A stretch of DNA of 64,000 nucleotides from Verrucomicrobiota bacterium (GCA_027624625.1 JAQBWH010000004.1:16754-80753); one strand, 5' to 3'. Shown: positions 41,067-51,144, counted from the stretch's first letter. A program made the numbers and translations. Notes: generated from the letters alone by a model not told the origin.

Positions 41067-41867
41067 TTACGGTTGAGAAGCCGTTTTGGCAACTTCCGGA
41101 CGCTGGGCTAGGAAGGTCAGCCGTGGCCACCACCAGACGACTTTTCCCTCCTCCTCGGCGAGTCCGAGCACGCGGCGCACCTCGGCGGGCGCTTGCGCCA
41201 CCATTTGCCGCACCTCGGATCGGTTCGCTCCCGGCGTTCCCGCTGTGTGGAAATACCACTCGAGGTCCGGTTGCTTGAAAGGAAGACAGTCGTCGTGCAG
41301 GACCTTGAAGCCGGTTTGCTCCGCCAACTCGCGCCATTCGGCCACCCGGAGGAACCGCCCGTGGCTCGGATCACGCAATTTTTCCACACCTTGCAGCCAC
41401 TTTTCCGCCACGGGCGCTCCTTCGGGCGAAGCTCCGTCGATGACCAGCAGCAGGCCACCTGGACGCAGCACCCGGAAAGCTTCACGGAGAAAATCCTCCA
41501 CGCTGGCAAAGTGATGCGCCGCCACCCGGCAGGTGACGAGCCGGAACGAATTGTCGGCATAGATCAGCGATTCCGCCGCGTGTTGCCGCGTGGAGATGTC
41601 CAGCCCGCGCTCCGCGGCCAGCTTGCGCACCTCTTCGAGCATTCCCTCCGAAATGTCCGCCGCAGTCACCGCCACTCTGCGTTCCGCCAAATAGGCCGCG
41701 GTATGTCCCGCGCCCGTCGCGACGTCGAGTGCAGGCGAAAGGCGGGCGGTATCGAATCCATCCAGCGCCGCCGCCACGTCGGACACATCGCGCAGGATGT
41801 GAGCGCGGCCGTAGCACGCGGCTTGGCGGTCGAATTGCACCCGCGAGGTCTCGACCGGATCACTCAT
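41067..41867 (-). CDS. Class I SAM-dependent methyltransferase
   Basis: LDVATGAGH, AAHHF, RVLRPGG, LRDPSH. Confidence 0.88.
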   Translation of the reverse strand: MSDPVETSRVQFDRQAACYGRAHILRDVSDVAAALDGFDTARLSPALDVATGAGHTAAYLAERRVAVTAADISEGMLEEVRKLAAERGLDISTRQHAAESLIYADNSFRLVTCRVAAHHFASVEDFLREAFRVLRPGGLLLVIDGASPEGAPVAEKWLQGVEKLRDPSHGRFLRVAEWRELAEQTGFKVLHDDCLPFKQPDLEWYFHTAGTPGANRSEVRQMVAQAPAEVRRVLGLAEEEGKVVWWWPRLTFLAQRPEVAKTASQP

Positions 41868-42943
41868 GCTGGCGTCCCGGCGAGTTCGTCCTCGGCGCGG
41901 AGGCGCAACTGCCCGCAAGCGGCATCAATATCGTGTCCTTTTTCGCGGCGGATGGTGGCGACTACGCCGCCGGCGCGAACGACCCGGACAAATTCCTGCT
42001 GGCGCGCCTCGCTCGGGCGTTCCCAGCTCAGGCCTTCGACCGTGTTGTAGGGGATAAGATTGACCTTGGCGTCGAGCCGGCGCGCGTGTGCGGCGAGCAG
42101 CCGGGCCTGTTCCGGGGCGTCGTTGACTCCGGCGATAAGGATATATTCGAAGCCCAGCTTTTGTTTGCGGCGGGAGGAAAAGTAAGCGCAGGCCTCGAAA
42201 AGTTCCTTCAACGGATACTTCTTGTTCACCGGCATGATCTGCTCGCGCACCTCGTCCGTCGCGCCATGCAACGAGATGGCCAGGCGCACGGGGACGGGGT
42301 GCTCGGCCAATTCACGGATCTGCGGCACGAGGCCGCTGGTCGACACGGTGATGTGGCGCGCTCCGATCTCGAAGCCCCACGGGGCATTGAGGATTTCAAT
42401 CGCGACGGACAAATTTTTCCAATTGGCCAGCGGTTCGCCCATCCCCATGAAGACGATGTTGTCCACGCGCTCGCCGGTCGTCTTTTCCACAACCATGACC
42501 TGCGCGGTGATCTCGCCCGCCGTCAGATTGCGCTTCCAGCCCCGCAATCCGCTGGCGCAGAATTTACAGCCGTAAGCACAACCCACTTGGGTCGAAACAC
42601 AGAGCGTGCGGCGGTCGGATGTCTGGCCATAAAGCGCCGGCGAGGCCGGGATGAAAACACTTTCGATGAATTGCCCGTCCGGGAGGCGGAAGAGAAACTT
42701 GCGCGTCGTATCCTTGGATCCGGTGAAGCGCACTTGCTCGAGCTGCTGCGGCGGAAACATCCCTGCCAACTGTTCCCGCAATTCGGCCGGAAGGTCGGTC
42801 ATGCCGGCAAAGTCATCAACCCGTTTCTCGTGCACCCAGTCGGCAATCTGCCGTGCGCGGTACGGCTTGTGACCCAACGCCCCGAGCTTTTCGGTCAGCG
42901 AGCCGAGGGTTTCGCCCAACAAAGAAATCATCGGCTTTACCAT
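41864..42943 (-). CDS. rlmN: 23S rRNA (adenine-2503-C2) methyltransferase RlmN
   Basis: CVSTQVGCAYGCKFC, FMGMGEP, ISLHG, IDAACGQL. Confidence 0.96.
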   Translation of the reverse strand: MVKPMISLLGETLGSLTEKLGALGHKPYRARQIADWVHEKRVDDFAGMTDLPAELREQLAGMFPPQQLEQVRFTGSKDTTRKFLFRLPDGQFIESVFIPASPALYGQTSDRRTLCVSTQVGCAYGCKFCASGLRGWKRNLTAGEITAQVMVVEKTTGERVDNIVFMGMGEPLANWKNLSVAIEILNAPWGFEIGARHITVSTSGLVPQIRELAEHPVPVRLAISLHGATDEVREQIMPVNKKYPLKELFEACAYFSSRRKQKLGFEYILIAGVNDAPEQARLLAAHARRLDAKVNLIPYNTVEGLSWERPSEARQQEFVRVVRAGGVVATIRREKGHDIDAACGQLRLRAEDELAGTPA

Positions 42944-43014
42944 GCCACGGACGGGTGGCGGAATCCACTGCGGGATGCCTTGACCCGCCGCGGCGGGAAT
43001 CTACCTTGGCGCCC

Positions 43015-43479
43015 ATGCCCGTCCGCCGCCTCCTTCTCGCTACCCTTGTCGCGGCCCTCTTGGCCGGCTGCGAAACCACCACGGTCACCCGGGTCGACCC
43101 TGCGGTGGCCGCCTCGATTGCGGCGGAAACGCCCGGCAATTATTTCATCGGCCGCCGCTACTACAAAAAGGACTACAAAATGTGGGGTTGGGTGCGGAAG
43201 CCGGGTCAACCTTGGAAAACCGCTCAACTGGTCATGTTGAACGAAAATACCAAGCTGGCGCCCGATCGCGCGGCGGGAACGCTCGGCGTCGACCACAACA
43301 CAGAATACCGCCTGCAGGGCCGCTTCACCGGCGGCAAAGTCTACGAGCCGGCCAGCAATTCCTTTTATCCCGAGTTCGTCCTGACCGGCATCGAGGTTCG
43401 TTCGACCACCCCGCCCTTTATTTACCGCGACCGCAGCGCGCTCGACCCCAAGGTCCGCCTGCTCGTTCCCCCGCTTTAG
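43015..43479 (+). CDS. Hypothetical lipoprotein
   Basis: Lipobox LAGC; aromatic-rich globular domain (YFIGRRYY, WGWVR). Confidence 0.75.
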   Translation: MPVRRLLLATLVAALLAGCETTTVTRVDPAVAASIAAETPGNYFIGRRYYKKDYKMWGWVRKPGQPWKTAQLVMLNENTKLAPDRAAGTLGVDHNTEYRLQGRFTGGKVYEPASNSFYPEFVLTGIEVRSTTPPFIYRDRSALDPKVRLLVPPL

Positions 43480-43508
43480 GCCAACAACCCCGCTCTCATC
43501 ATCACCAA

Positions 43509-43583
43509 GGTAGGGCGCGGCGTCCCGACGCGCCGTCAGCATTGCTTTTCTGCACGCGGCGGGTCCGGAGGCCCCGCCTTACC
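43509..43583. repeat. GTAG-type REP/REPIN-like palindromic element, copy 2
   Basis: GGTAGGGCGCGGCGTCCCGACGCGC ... CACGCGGCGGGTCCGGAGGCCCCGCCTTACC; matches 21053-21130. Confidence 0.75.
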
Positions 43584-43677
43584 AGCGGGAAATGACCCGC
43601 TTTTTGCGGCGGTGTCCCGTTCCGGGATTGAGGCTAATTCCCTTGCAGCCTGCAGAGCTGGCGCGTAGACACATCGG

Positions 43678-44841
43678 ATGCTTAAAGCGTCCGTCTTTCT
43701 TCTCCTCACCACGTGTGCCGTTTTTCTGACTGGTTGCACCGACCCCAATCGCGATGCGGTCAAGATCGGCATGAACATCGAGCTGACCGGCGAGATCCCC
43801 GCGGTCGGCGCCTCGAGCAAAAATGCGGCCGAATTGTTTTTCAACGCCCTCAACGAGCAAGGCGGCGTTACCTTGGCCGAAGGGCCCAAGAAGGTCGCCC
43901 TGATCATTCGTGACAATGGCGGCAAGGCCGACCAAGCGGCTTCCGTCGCGCAACAACTTATCTCCAGTCAGGATGTTGTCGCCATGATCGGGCCCAATTC
44001 CAGTGCCTGCGCCATTCCCGCCGGGGAAATCGCGGAGAGCCTCAAATGCGTCATGATTTCCCCATGGTCGACCAACCCGAAGACCACCCTGGACCAAGAT
44101 TCCAGCCAGCCGAGGCGTTACGTCTTCCGCGGATGCTTCACCGATCCGTTCCAAGCCACCGTGCTGGCCAAGTTTGCCCTCAACGATCTTGGGGCCAAGA
44201 AAGCCGCCGTCCTTTATGACGTTTCCTCCGAGGCACCGCTCGGCCAGGCCACCTTGTTCAGGGACACCTTTACGGCCAAAGGAGGGGAAATTGTCGCCTT
44301 CGAGACCTTCACCACGGGCGACAAAGATTTTTCCGCACAATTGACCAACATCCGCGAGGCCGACCCCGACATCATCTTCCTCCCGACCTACTACAACGAC
44401 GTCCCGCTCATCGCCCAGCAGGCGCGTCGCCTCGGCATCACCGCGAAATTCGTCGGCAGTGATGCCTGGAGCTCGCCGGAAATCATCAAGCTCGGCGGAG
44501 CCGACGTGGACGGCTCGTACTTCTGCAATCACTTCTCGACCCAGATCGCCACCGACGAGGCGAAAAAGTTCATTGCCGACTACACCGCGAAATACGGACA
44601 GCCCCCCGATGACGTGGCGGCGCTCACCTTCGATTCCTGCGGACTGATCACCGAAGCGCTCAAAGCCGGTGGTAAAAACGAACGTGAGGCGCTTCGTGAG
44701 GCATTGGCCAAGATCCGCGAATACAAAGGTGTGACCGGCACCTTCCGCTTCGAGCCCGGCTCGGGCGATCCGATCAAGAGTGCGGTCATCCTGCAGATCA
44801 AAGATGGTGCTTTTCAGTGGGTGACCAACGCCCAGCCTTGA
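43678..44841 (+). CDS. Branched-chain amino acid ABC transporter substrate-binding lipoprotein (LivK/LivJ-like)
   Basis: Lipobox LTGC; VKIG..IELTG, STNPKTT, FRGCFTDPFQ, GSDAW, GVTG. Confidence 0.9.
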   Translation: MLKASVFLLLTTCAVFLTGCTDPNRDAVKIGMNIELTGEIPAVGASSKNAAELFFNALNEQGGVTLAEGPKKVALIIRDNGGKADQAASVAQQLISSQDVVAMIGPNSSACAIPAGEIAESLKCVMISPWSTNPKTTLDQDSSQPRRYVFRGCFTDPFQATVLAKFALNDLGAKKAAVLYDVSSEAPLGQATLFRDTFTAKGGEIVAFETFTTGDKDFSAQLTNIREADPDIIFLPTYYNDVPLIAQQARRLGITAKFVGSDAWSSPEIIKLGGADVDGSYFCNHFSTQIATDEAKKFIADYTAKYGQPPDDVAALTFDSCGLITEALKAGGKNEREALREALAKIREYKGVTGTFRFEPGSGDPIKSAVILQIKDGAFQWVTNAQP

Positions 44842-44858
44842 TCGCCTGATCTGCGCGC

Positions 44859-45734
44859 ATGGATTACTTCGCGCAGCAGGCCATCAACGCCATCCAGCTC
44901 GGCTCGATCTACGCCCTCATCGCTTTGGGCTACAGCATGGTCTATGGCGTGCTCGTCATGATCAATTTCGCCCATGGCGACGTCTTCATGGTCAGCTCGT
45001 TCTTCTGCTTCCTCCTCCTTCTCGTCCTGCCGGTCCCCTTCATTGCCGCGCTGCTCATCGTCATGCTCGCCACCGCCATCCTCGGCGTCTGCATCGAGCG
45101 TCTTGCTTACCGCCCGTTGCGCAATGCTCCGCGCGTTTCGGCCATCATCACCGCCCTTGGTTGCGGTCTGGTCATCCAAAACACGACGCTGAGCATCAGC
45201 CCCTACTCCCAGCGCATGCCGGAATTATTCACGCCGGTGACTTGGAACTTCGCCGGGCTGACCATTTCCTCCCTGCAAATCCTCATCGTCGGGATCTCGG
45301 TCGGGCTCATGCTCGCCCTGGATTTCTTCATCCGCAAAACACGCTACGGCATGGCCATGCGGGCCATCGCGCAGGACCGCGTCACCGTCCCGCTCATGGG
45401 CGTGCCGGTCAACCAAGTGATTGCCGTGACCTTCGCCCTCGGTGCCGCACTGGGTGGCGCGGCCGGCGTGCTTTACGCTTCGGCCTATCCCGTGATCAGC
45501 GCAACGATGGGCGTGCTTGTCGGCTGGAAAGCATTTGTTGCCGCGGTGATCGGCGGTATCGGCAACGTGCGCGGTGCGGTCCTCGGTGCCTATTTGCTCG
45601 GCGCGGTTGAAGTCTTCACCGTCACCGTCCTTCCCTCCACCTATCGCGACCTTGTCGTCTATACTTTGCTCCTGGTCATCCTTATCTTCAAACCCTACGG
45701 GCTGCTTGGCCGTCCCGCCGTGCAGAAAGTATGA
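44859..45734 (+). CDS. livH: Branched-chain amino acid ABC transporter permease
   Basis: GSIYALIALGYSMVYG, NFAHGD, KAFVAAVIGGIG. Confidence 0.93.
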   Translation: MDYFAQQAINAIQLGSIYALIALGYSMVYGVLVMINFAHGDVFMVSSFFCFLLLLVLPVPFIAALLIVMLATAILGVCIERLAYRPLRNAPRVSAIITALGCGLVIQNTTLSISPYSQRMPELFTPVTWNFAGLTISSLQILIVGISVGLMLALDFFIRKTRYGMAMRAIAQDRVTVPLMGVPVNQVIAVTFALGAALGGAAGVLYASAYPVISATMGVLVGWKAFVAAVIGGIGNVRGAVLGAYLLGAVEVFTVTVLPSTYRDLVVYTLLLVILIFKPYGLLGRPAVQKV

Positions 45735-46708
45735 CACGCTGGCTGCAACATCCGCCGCCGCGCGGCGTGCTCCTCGCCCTTCTCGCCGCCGGGCTGGCTG
45801 CCTGCTTCGCCATCGAACAGTTTGGTCTGGTCGATGACTACGTGCGTTTTGTCCTCATCACGTTCGGGATCAATATCATCCTTTGCGTCAGCCTCAACCT
45901 GGTCAACGGGTGGATGGGGGAATTTTCCGTCGGCCACGCCGGTTTCATGGCCCTCGGTGCCTATCTCTCGGCCTGCGTCTCGGTCAAATGGCTCAGCTGG
46001 GGCGACCCGCTCTGGATGTTCCCCCTCGCTGTCATTGGTGGCGGCCTCATGGCCGGCGCTGTCGGATTTCTCCTTGGTCTGCTCTCCTTCAAAACACGCG
46101 GTGACTACCTCGCCATCATCACGCTCGCCTTTCTCATGATCGTGAAATCGGGGATTGAAAACATCCCGTATGTCGGCGGTCCTCGAGGGTTCCTCGGCAT
46201 CGACAACCACACCACTCTGCTCTGGACCGCGGTTTGGACGGTTCTCACCCTCTGGACCATCCGCAACCTCGTCTACTCGCGCTTCGGCCGCGGCATTGTC
46301 GCGGTGCGCGAGGATGAAATCGCGGCCAACGCCATGGGTGTCGACACCCGCAAGGCCAAGCTCACTGCTTTTGTCGTCTCCTCGTTCTTCGGCGGTGTGG
46401 CCGGAGCCCTCTTCGCCCACCAATTGCAGTTCATCAACCCGTCGGTCTTCGACATCGTCAAATCGACCGAGATCCTCGTCATGGTTTACCTTGGTGGGGT
46501 CGGCTCGCTGGCCGGTTCAATCCTCGGCGCCACGGCTTTCACCTTCCTCTCCCAGGCCCTCCAACCGCTCGGCACCTGGAGGATGGTCATCCTGCCGCTC
46601 ATCCTTGTTTTGCTCATGATCTTCCGTCCCCGCGGCATCATGGGTATGCGTGAATTCTCTTGGTTCGTCCCGCAGCGAGAATTCCCGAAGAAGGAGGACA
46701 AGAAATGA
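45731..46708 (+). CDS. livM: Branched-chain amino acid ABC transporter permease
   Basis: SLNLVNG..GEFSVGHAGF, GDYLAIITL, REDEIAA. Confidence 0.92.
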   Translation: MTRWLQHPPPRGVLLALLAAGLAACFAIEQFGLVDDYVRFVLITFGINIILCVSLNLVNGWMGEFSVGHAGFMALGAYLSACVSVKWLSWGDPLWMFPLAVIGGGLMAGAVGFLLGLLSFKTRGDYLAIITLAFLMIVKSGIENIPYVGGPRGFLGIDNHTTLLWTAVWTVLTLWTIRNLVYSRFGRGIVAVREDEIAANAMGVDTRKAKLTAFVVSSFFGGVAGALFAHQLQFINPSVFDIVKSTEILVMVYLGGVGSLAGSILGATAFTFLSQALQPLGTWRMVILPLILVLLMIFRPRGIMGMREFSWFVPQREFPKKEDKK

Positions 46709-47481
46709 AGCCGCTTCTCGAGGTGCGCGGCGTGACCATGCGCTTCGGCGGCCTCGTCGCCCTCTCCGACCTTTCCTTCGATGTCACCCCGGGCCACGCC
46801 CACGGCATCATCGGGCCCAACGGCGCGGGCAAGACCACCGCGTTCAATGTTATCACCGGCATTTATGCCCCGACCCAGGGCGACGTTCTTTTCCGCGGTG
46901 AGTCCGTTACCGGCTGCCGTCCCAGCACCATTGCGCATCGCGGTATCGCCCGCACTTTCCAAAACATCCGCCTCTTCCGCGATCTCACCGTGTTCGACAA
47001 CGTCCGTATCGCCTGCGATGCGCACGCCCGTTATTCGTGGCCCGGCGCCATGATCCAGCTTCCGTCCGCGCGGCAGGCCGAAAAGGAAACCATCGGCCGC
47101 TGCACCGACCTGCTCGAAAAATTCGGTCTCGGCAACGAGATCCACGAGCGGGCCGGCGACCTGCCTTACGGCTCGCAACGCCGGCTCGAAATTGCCCGGG
47201 CCATGGCCCTGCAACCGTCGCTTCTCCTCCTTGACGAGCCGGCTGCGGGCATGAACTCCGCCGAGACGCTCAATCTCGTCGAATTCCTCGGGTGGCTCCG
47301 CGACCATTTTTCCGTGACCATGCTCCTGATCGAGCACCACATGCAGCTGGTCATGACCTTCTGCGACCGCATCACCGTGCTCGACTTCGGCAAGACGATT
47401 GCCGAAGGCACGGCGGACGAAGTCCGCAAAAACCCGGAGGTCATTGAGGCCTACCTCGGTCAGGAGGACGGCCATGAGTGA
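46705..47481 (+). CDS. livG: Branched-chain amino acid ABC transporter ATPase
   Basis: FGGLVAL, GPNGAGKTT, RTFQNIRLF, LPYG, DEPAAG, AYLG. Confidence 0.94.
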   Translation: MKPLLEVRGVTMRFGGLVALSDLSFDVTPGHAHGIIGPNGAGKTTAFNVITGIYAPTQGDVLFRGESVTGCRPSTIAHRGIARTFQNIRLFRDLTVFDNVRIACDAHARYSWPGAMIQLPSARQAEKETIGRCTDLLEKFGLGNEIHERAGDLPYGSQRRLEIARAMALQPSLLLLDEPAAGMNSAETLNLVEFLGWLRDHFSVTMLLIEHHMQLVMTFCDRITVLDFGKTIAEGTADEVRKNPEVIEAYLGQEDGHE

Positions 47482-48190
47482 AACCATGCTGCGCGTGGAG
47501 GATCTTGTTGTTCGCTACGGCGACATCCAGGCGGTCAAAGGCATTTCCTTCCAGGTCGAACGCGGAGAAATTCTCGCTTTGGTCGGGGCCAACGGTGCGG
47601 GGAAGACGACCACATTGCGCGCTCTCTCCGGCATGCAGCCCTGCGAAGGCTCGGTCATGCTGGAAGACCGCGGCCTTCGCGGCCTCTCCCCCGACGAGAT
47701 CCTGCGGCTCGGCTTGTCCCATGTGCCCGAGGGCCGCGGCATTTTCGGCGGCCTCACCGTGATGGAAAACCTGCAACTCGGCGCTTGGATCCGGCGCGAC
47801 AAGGCTGCGCGCACGCGGGACCTCGGGATGGTCATGGATATTTTTCCACGCTTACGCGAGCGCGCCACGCAATTGGCCGGCACCCTGAGCGGGGGAGAAC
47901 AGCAGATGCTTGCGGTGGGACGTGCGCTGATGAGCAAGGCAAAGATACTCATCCTCGACGAGCCCTCCATGGGCCTCGCCCCGAAGCTCGTACAGGAAAT
48001 ATTTTCCGTTATCCGCCAACTGAACGAGAAGGGAACAACGATCCTCCTCGTCGAACAAAACGCCAACATGGCCCTGCGCCTCGCCCACCGTGCCTGCCTG
48101 CTTGAAACCGGCAACCTCGTCCTCGAAGGCCCGGCTTCGGAACTACTGACCAACCCTCGCGTCCGCGAGGCTTACCTCGGGGCGGGGTGA
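47474..48190 (+). CDS. livF: Branched-chain amino acid ABC transporter ATPase
   Basis: GANGAGKTT, VPEGR, LSGGEQQM, DEPSMGLAP, VEQNA. Confidence 0.94.
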   Translation: MSETMLRVEDLVVRYGDIQAVKGISFQVERGEILALVGANGAGKTTTLRALSGMQPCEGSVMLEDRGLRGLSPDEILRLGLSHVPEGRGIFGGLTVMENLQLGAWIRRDKAARTRDLGMVMDIFPRLRERATQLAGTLSGGEQQMLAVGRALMSKAKILILDEPSMGLAPKLVQEIFSVIRQLNEKGTTILLVEQNANMALRLAHRACLLETGNLVLEGPASELLTNPRVREAYLGAG

Positions 48191-48211
48191 GGAAGCGTGG
48201 GTATTTATTTT

Positions 48212-48259
48212 AACAGAAGGTAACGAGCACCCCTGCTCCGGTGCTCGTTATCTTCTGTT
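48212..48259. repeat. 20-bp inverted repeat between convergent livF and alr (bidirectional terminator / repeat element)
   Basis: AACAGAAGGTAACGAGCACC-8 nt-GGTGCTCGTTATCTTCTGTT, one mismatch; flanked by T and A runs. Confidence 0.75.
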
Positions 48260-49378
48260 CAAAAAATCCAAATGCTCCACCACCACCCGGTTCCCCAGCC
48301 TTGTCAAAACATCCCAAGTAATCGTCCCCGCCCAAGCGGCCACTTCGCCGACCGTGATCTCCCCGTCTTCTTGTTTCCCGAAAAGCACCACCTCCTCACC
48401 CGGCGCCACATCGCGGGGCAGATCGGTCACATCAACCATGAATTGATCCATGGTGACCCGGCCAAGGATCGGGCAGCGCTTTCCGCGCATGAGCACCTGA
48501 GCACCCCGGTTTGAAGTCTGCCGCGGATAGCCGTCGGCATAACCCATAGCCAACGTGGCAATGCGCATTGGTTGCGCGGTGATGAAGTCGCGCCCGTAAC
48601 TGATTCCGCGCCCCGGCCCGACATCGCGCACCAAGGTGATGCGCGTTTTGAGCGTCATGACCGGACGCAACAACTTCTGAAAGTCGGGGAGGGGAGAGAT
48701 GCCGTAGAGCGCCAGTCCGGGCCGCACGCGGTCGGCGGCGTGTTCCGGCCGCTGGAGCGAGCCCGCGCTGTTCAGGGCGTGAAATTTGGCGGTCGGTAAA
48801 ATCGGACGGAGCTGACCGACCAGTTTGTCCCACCCGGCCAATTCTTGCGCAGTGAAGTCCGCATCGCTCTCCGCCACCGGCAAATGCGTGGAGACGCTTT
48901 CCACTTTGATCCCGTCGATCGCTGCAATTTCCTGTGCGGTTTTCATCGCATCGTCCTGCCAGACGCCGATGCGTCCCATCCCGGTGTCGATGCACAGATG
49001 GATGCGCACGGGTTTGACCTTGGTCAACTGCGCATAGGCCTTCGCTTCCGCCGCGCTCGAGACCACGGGAATGAAGCCCTCACGCACCGCGGCTTCGCGT
49101 TCCTTCGGCAGACACGGACTCAAAATCAAAATCTCCTCGTCTGGCAGGGCAGCGCGCACGGCCCGGGCTTCGTTCAAGGTGGCCACCCCGAATTGCTCGG
49201 TGAATGGGGCGAGGGTCTGGGCCACCTCGGGTCCGCCATGGCCGTAGCCATCGGCTTTGACCACCGCGATGAGGCCGGCATGGTCACCGACCGCCTTGCG
49301 CATGGCCGCCGCGTTGTGGCGCAGGGCGCCGTGGTCGATCTCGGCGCGGATGCGCCAGGACTCGCCGGCCTGGCTCAC
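48248..49378 (-). CDS. alr: Alanine racemase
   Basis: AVVKADGYGHG, DTGMGRIG, NSAG, VRPGLALYG, GYADG, GRVTMDQ. Confidence 0.96.
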   Translation of the reverse strand: MSQAGESWRIRAEIDHGALRHNAAAMRKAVGDHAGLIAVVKADGYGHGGPEVAQTLAPFTEQFGVATLNEARAVRAALPDEEILILSPCLPKEREAAVREGFIPVVSSAAEAKAYAQLTKVKPVRIHLCIDTGMGRIGVWQDDAMKTAQEIAAIDGIKVESVSTHLPVAESDADFTAQELAGWDKLVGQLRPILPTAKFHALNSAGSLQRPEHAADRVRPGLALYGISPLPDFQKLLRPVMTLKTRITLVRDVGPGRGISYGRDFITAQPMRIATLAMGYADGYPRQTSNRGAQVLMRGKRCPILGRVTMDQFMVDVTDLPRDVAPGEEVVLFGKQEDGEITVGEVAAWAGTITWDVLTRLGNRVVVEHLDFLNRR

Positions 49379-50298
49379 GGCTTCTTCGCGGATCCCTCGA
49401 GCATTTGGGGATCGAGCTGCAGCATCTGCAGCACGCCTTCACCGCTGGTGATGCGGGGCATCACGCCGTCCCAACGTTCGATGGTGCGAAGACGCAGCAC
49501 TTCCGGGCGCCCGCTTAGGGCTTCCGCTTCGCGGGTGATCGCTTCGGCCCGGGCGATCGACTCCGCCTCGATGGTGAAGGCTTGGGCCGCGGCGGCCAGT
49601 TTCGCTTCCTCGGCGGCGGCTTCGGCCGTGGTCACGCGGCGGAGCTTTTCGTTTTTGGCCTGCAAGGCGGCCTGCTCGGCCTGCACCTTGAGCTCGATCG
49701 CTTTGTTGAATTCTTCGGAGAATCTGAAGTCGGTGATGGCCACGTTGGCGATGTTCAGGGCGCCTTGGACTTCCTTGTCATCGAGGGTGGTGTTGATGAA
49801 CGATTCGATGGCTTGCTGGATCTGCTGCTTGACCACTTCCCGCTGGGTCACCAACTGCTCGGCGGTGAATTTTGCGGTGACGGCTTTGACTGACTCTTGG
49901 ACGGCGGGGTTGACGATGGTCGCGGCGATTTTATCCGGCGTGCCCACCTGCTGGAAAGTGAGCGGGGCGAGGGCGCCGTTGATGGCATAGGTTGTGGTGA
50001 CGTCGGTGGTGACAATCTGCAAGTCGCGCGAGGCGGCGGTGGCTTTGGCTTCGCTCGCGGTGAGACGCGTGCTCATGGGCACCACCTCCTCGGCAAACGG
50101 TATTTTGAAGTGGAGACCTTCGGGCAGGGCCACGTCCCTGACTGCGCCGAAGCGTTTGACCACCCCGACCGTGCCGGCGTCGACGGTGACAAAGACGCCG
50201 GCGGCGGCCACCAGGAGCAGGATGACAATAATGAGGAGCGGGGCAAATTTGCCGGCCAACTGGGTGGCATCGGCGGAACCGGAGATGGGATGTTTCAT
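49375..50298 (-). CDS. Prohibitin/SPFH (band 7) family protein
   Basis: TM, then V.AG.VGVV.RFG, EGLHFKIPF, FSEEFNKAIE.K..AEQ, RWDG.MP. Confidence 0.9.
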   Translation of the reverse strand: MKHPISGSADATQLAGKFAPLLIIVILLLVAAAGVFVTVDAGTVGVVKRFGAVRDVALPEGLHFKIPFAEEVVPMSTRLTASEAKATAASRDLQIVTTDVTTTYAINGALAPLTFQQVGTPDKIAATIVNPAVQESVKAVTAKFTAEQLVTQREVVKQQIQQAIESFINTTLDDKEVQGALNIANVAITDFRFSEEFNKAIELKVQAEQAALQAKNEKLRRVTTAEAAAEEAKLAAAAQAFTIEAESIARAEAITREAEALSGRPEVLRLRTIERWDGVMPRITSGEGVLQMLQLDPQMLEGSAKKP

Positions 50299-50300
50299 AT

Positions 50301-50681
50301 TTAAGAAGGGTGGGCAGTGCGGGCGCGGCGGGCGTCGATGAACGACTTTACGCACAGGGCGACGAAAATGAGAGAGAGAAGGGCGAAGGCCGCCTGCACG
50401 CCCAAGGCCGCGGCGCGCTCCACGGTTTCCCCGGCGAGCAGAGCCGGCAGTTTGCCCAGACTCTTGGCCGTGCCGAGAAATCCGAGCAGCCCGACCAGCG
50501 CCGCGATGTGGCCGCCGTGCTTCAGACTCTTGAGCGACACCGCGCCGGCAACAACTAGCAGCAGGCCGAAGATGGACGGAATGAGCGCGGTCCAAGATTG
50601 CGCGCCCGTCATCAAGTAGGCCCCGATTCCCAAGAGGACAAAGATGACAGCGAAGATAAAGATGACGCGTGGCATGTTCAT
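50301..50681 (-). CDS. Small four-TM membrane protein (TMEM14-like)
   Basis: SWTALIP, CVKSFIDARRAR end; four hydrophobic segments. Confidence 0.72.
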   Translation of the reverse strand: MNMPRVIFIFAVIFVLLGIGAYLMTGAQSWTALIPSIFGLLLVVAGAVSLKSLKHGGHIAALVGLLGFLGTAKSLGKLPALLAGETVERAAALGVQAAFALLSLIFVALCVKSFIDARRARTAHPS

Positions 50682-51144
50682 GGGAGTGGAGACTAATCCC
50701 CCGATTATGCCCTGCCAAGGCAGTAAAGCCGTTCTGCACCTCCATCTGTATCACCGATGGGGATGATTGGGGTCATATCCCAGTCAAACCCCGGGATGTG
50801 CGCGACGAGCTTGTTTGCGTCCGCGCGACGGCCTGCGGTGGCATGAGTCTCGCGGACCCCGTGGGCAGTTCACCCCATGGTTTCCGCCCCTGGCAGCGTG
50901 TTTAATGACATCACTATGAAAACCGTTCCCAGAAAAGGTTGTCACGCACTGGTCGCGGCTGGTTCCATTTCATCTTTTTCGGGCGCAGTCCGATGCAGCA
51001 CCGGGCGGGAATTTCCGAAGTTGCCGCCGATTGTGCGCTTGACAACGTCGGTTAAACCTTGCACGATTATATATAATAAGGTTTTACGCGCAACTTCTTA
51101 GCACCACTCTGGCGGCACCGCCACAACTCATCGTTGCCTCGTCC

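Noticed and set aside
51058-51088. Xer dif site
   Set aside because: Central TATATA and AT-rich arms are suggestive, but the match to the XerD arm TTATGTTAAAT is poor; kept only as an alternative
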